A DNA stretch of 24,000 bases from Rhizobium leguminosarum bv. viciae USDA 2370 (GTDB taxonomy: Bacteria; Pseudomonadota; Alphaproteobacteria; Rhizobiales; Rhizobiaceae): assembly GCF_002008365.1 (NCBI RefSeq), contig NZ_MRDL01000036.1:151676-175675 (forward strand), read 5' to 3'. The notes beneath the pieces are model-generated. The model worked only from the letters and a program-made list of their open reading frames with translations. It did no database searches and was not told the DNA's origin. Of the stretch, positions 23,812 through 24,000 are shown piece after piece; within the stretch, counting starts at the first letter, position 1; each line of letters begins with the position of its first letter. A program made the translations under genes and the position numbers.

Positions 23812-24000
23812 ATGCACAGAACTCTTGCCGCCATCGCCTTGACTCTGACCATCGCCGCCGCTGCCGAGCCGGCCTTCGCCATCGGTCCAGCCAGCCTTGC
23901 CCGCGATCTGATGTACACCTCCGCCATCGGCCATTCACCCGAGGTTCCGTTGACGACACGCGCCGGTTTCGTGCGCCCTGGCGTTCCTTTCGTCCTGCGC
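23812..24000 (+). CDS. Secreted protein of unknown function, N-terminal 63 codons only
   Basis: ATG 23812 has GGGGA 9 nt upstream. Signal-peptide-like MHRTLAAIALTLTIAAAAEPAFA/IG. The frame stays open to the window end, so it is absent from the ORF track. Confidence 0.5.
   Translation, partial: MHRTLAAIALTLTIAAAAEPAFAIGPASLARDLMYTSAIGHSPEVPLTTRAGFVRPGVPFVLR

Noticed and set aside
23570-23959. 129-aa minus-strand ORF rich in Arg and Trp
   Set aside because: It is antisense to the signal-peptide-bearing gene starting at 23812 and to intergenic DNA. Its composition (RRWRR runs) is typical of a GC-rich shadow frame.
1-24000. Window-wide scan for CRISPR arrays, tRNA/rRNA genes, IS elements or integrases, prophage genes, and RpoN -24/-12 promoters
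   Set aside because: I found no spaced direct-repeat arrays, no cloverleaf-compatible segments and no transposase- or integrase-like translations. The few TGGCAC occurrences lack a TTGC at the correct spacing. This was a by-eye scan only, so small RNAs may have been missed.

Overview
High-GC alphaproteobacterial chromosomal DNA. Gene content and order look Rhizobium/Agrobacterium-like; that taxon call is an inference. Hand counts of 60-nt lines give about 60% GC in coding DNA and 40-53% in a few regions. The left third is an iron/haem neighbourhood. It holds a minus-strand hmuPSTUV haemin-uptake operon facing a small secreted protein gene plus a long-form tonB, the arrangement I recall for R. 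leguminosarum. Next comes a translationally coupled four-gene cassette: DUF2325, a 90-aa unknown, an IsdG/HmuQ-like ABM monooxygenase, and a frameshifted VOC/glyoxalase gene. After it lies a group II truncated haemoglobin-DUF423 pair. The middle carries a TetR-SMR efflux pair, a ThuA-like plus Gfo/Idh/MocA oxidoreductase pair, an orphan winged-helix/TPR regulator and a DUF1236 secreted protein. The right third is a five-gene operon collinear with E. coli cecR-ybhGFSR (TetR, HlyD, double-ATPase, two ABC-2 permeases). It is followed by a stand-alone 696-aa PLD-superfamily protein and about 0.9 kb of lower-GC, ORF-poor, palindrome-rich DNA. I see no rRNA, tRNA, CRISPR array, transposase or integrase. 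Overall this reads as conserved core chromosome, and I found no convincing novel multi-gene system. The best candidates for a second look are the DUF2325 cassette next to tonB, the PLD protein with its odd flank, a perfect 28-bp palindrome, two exact EcfG-type stress promoters, leaderless-looking TetR promoters with perfect palindromic operators, and a tandem 9-mer repeat at the hmuU-hmuV junction. Family assignments come from motifs read in the translations and from recall. No searches were run.
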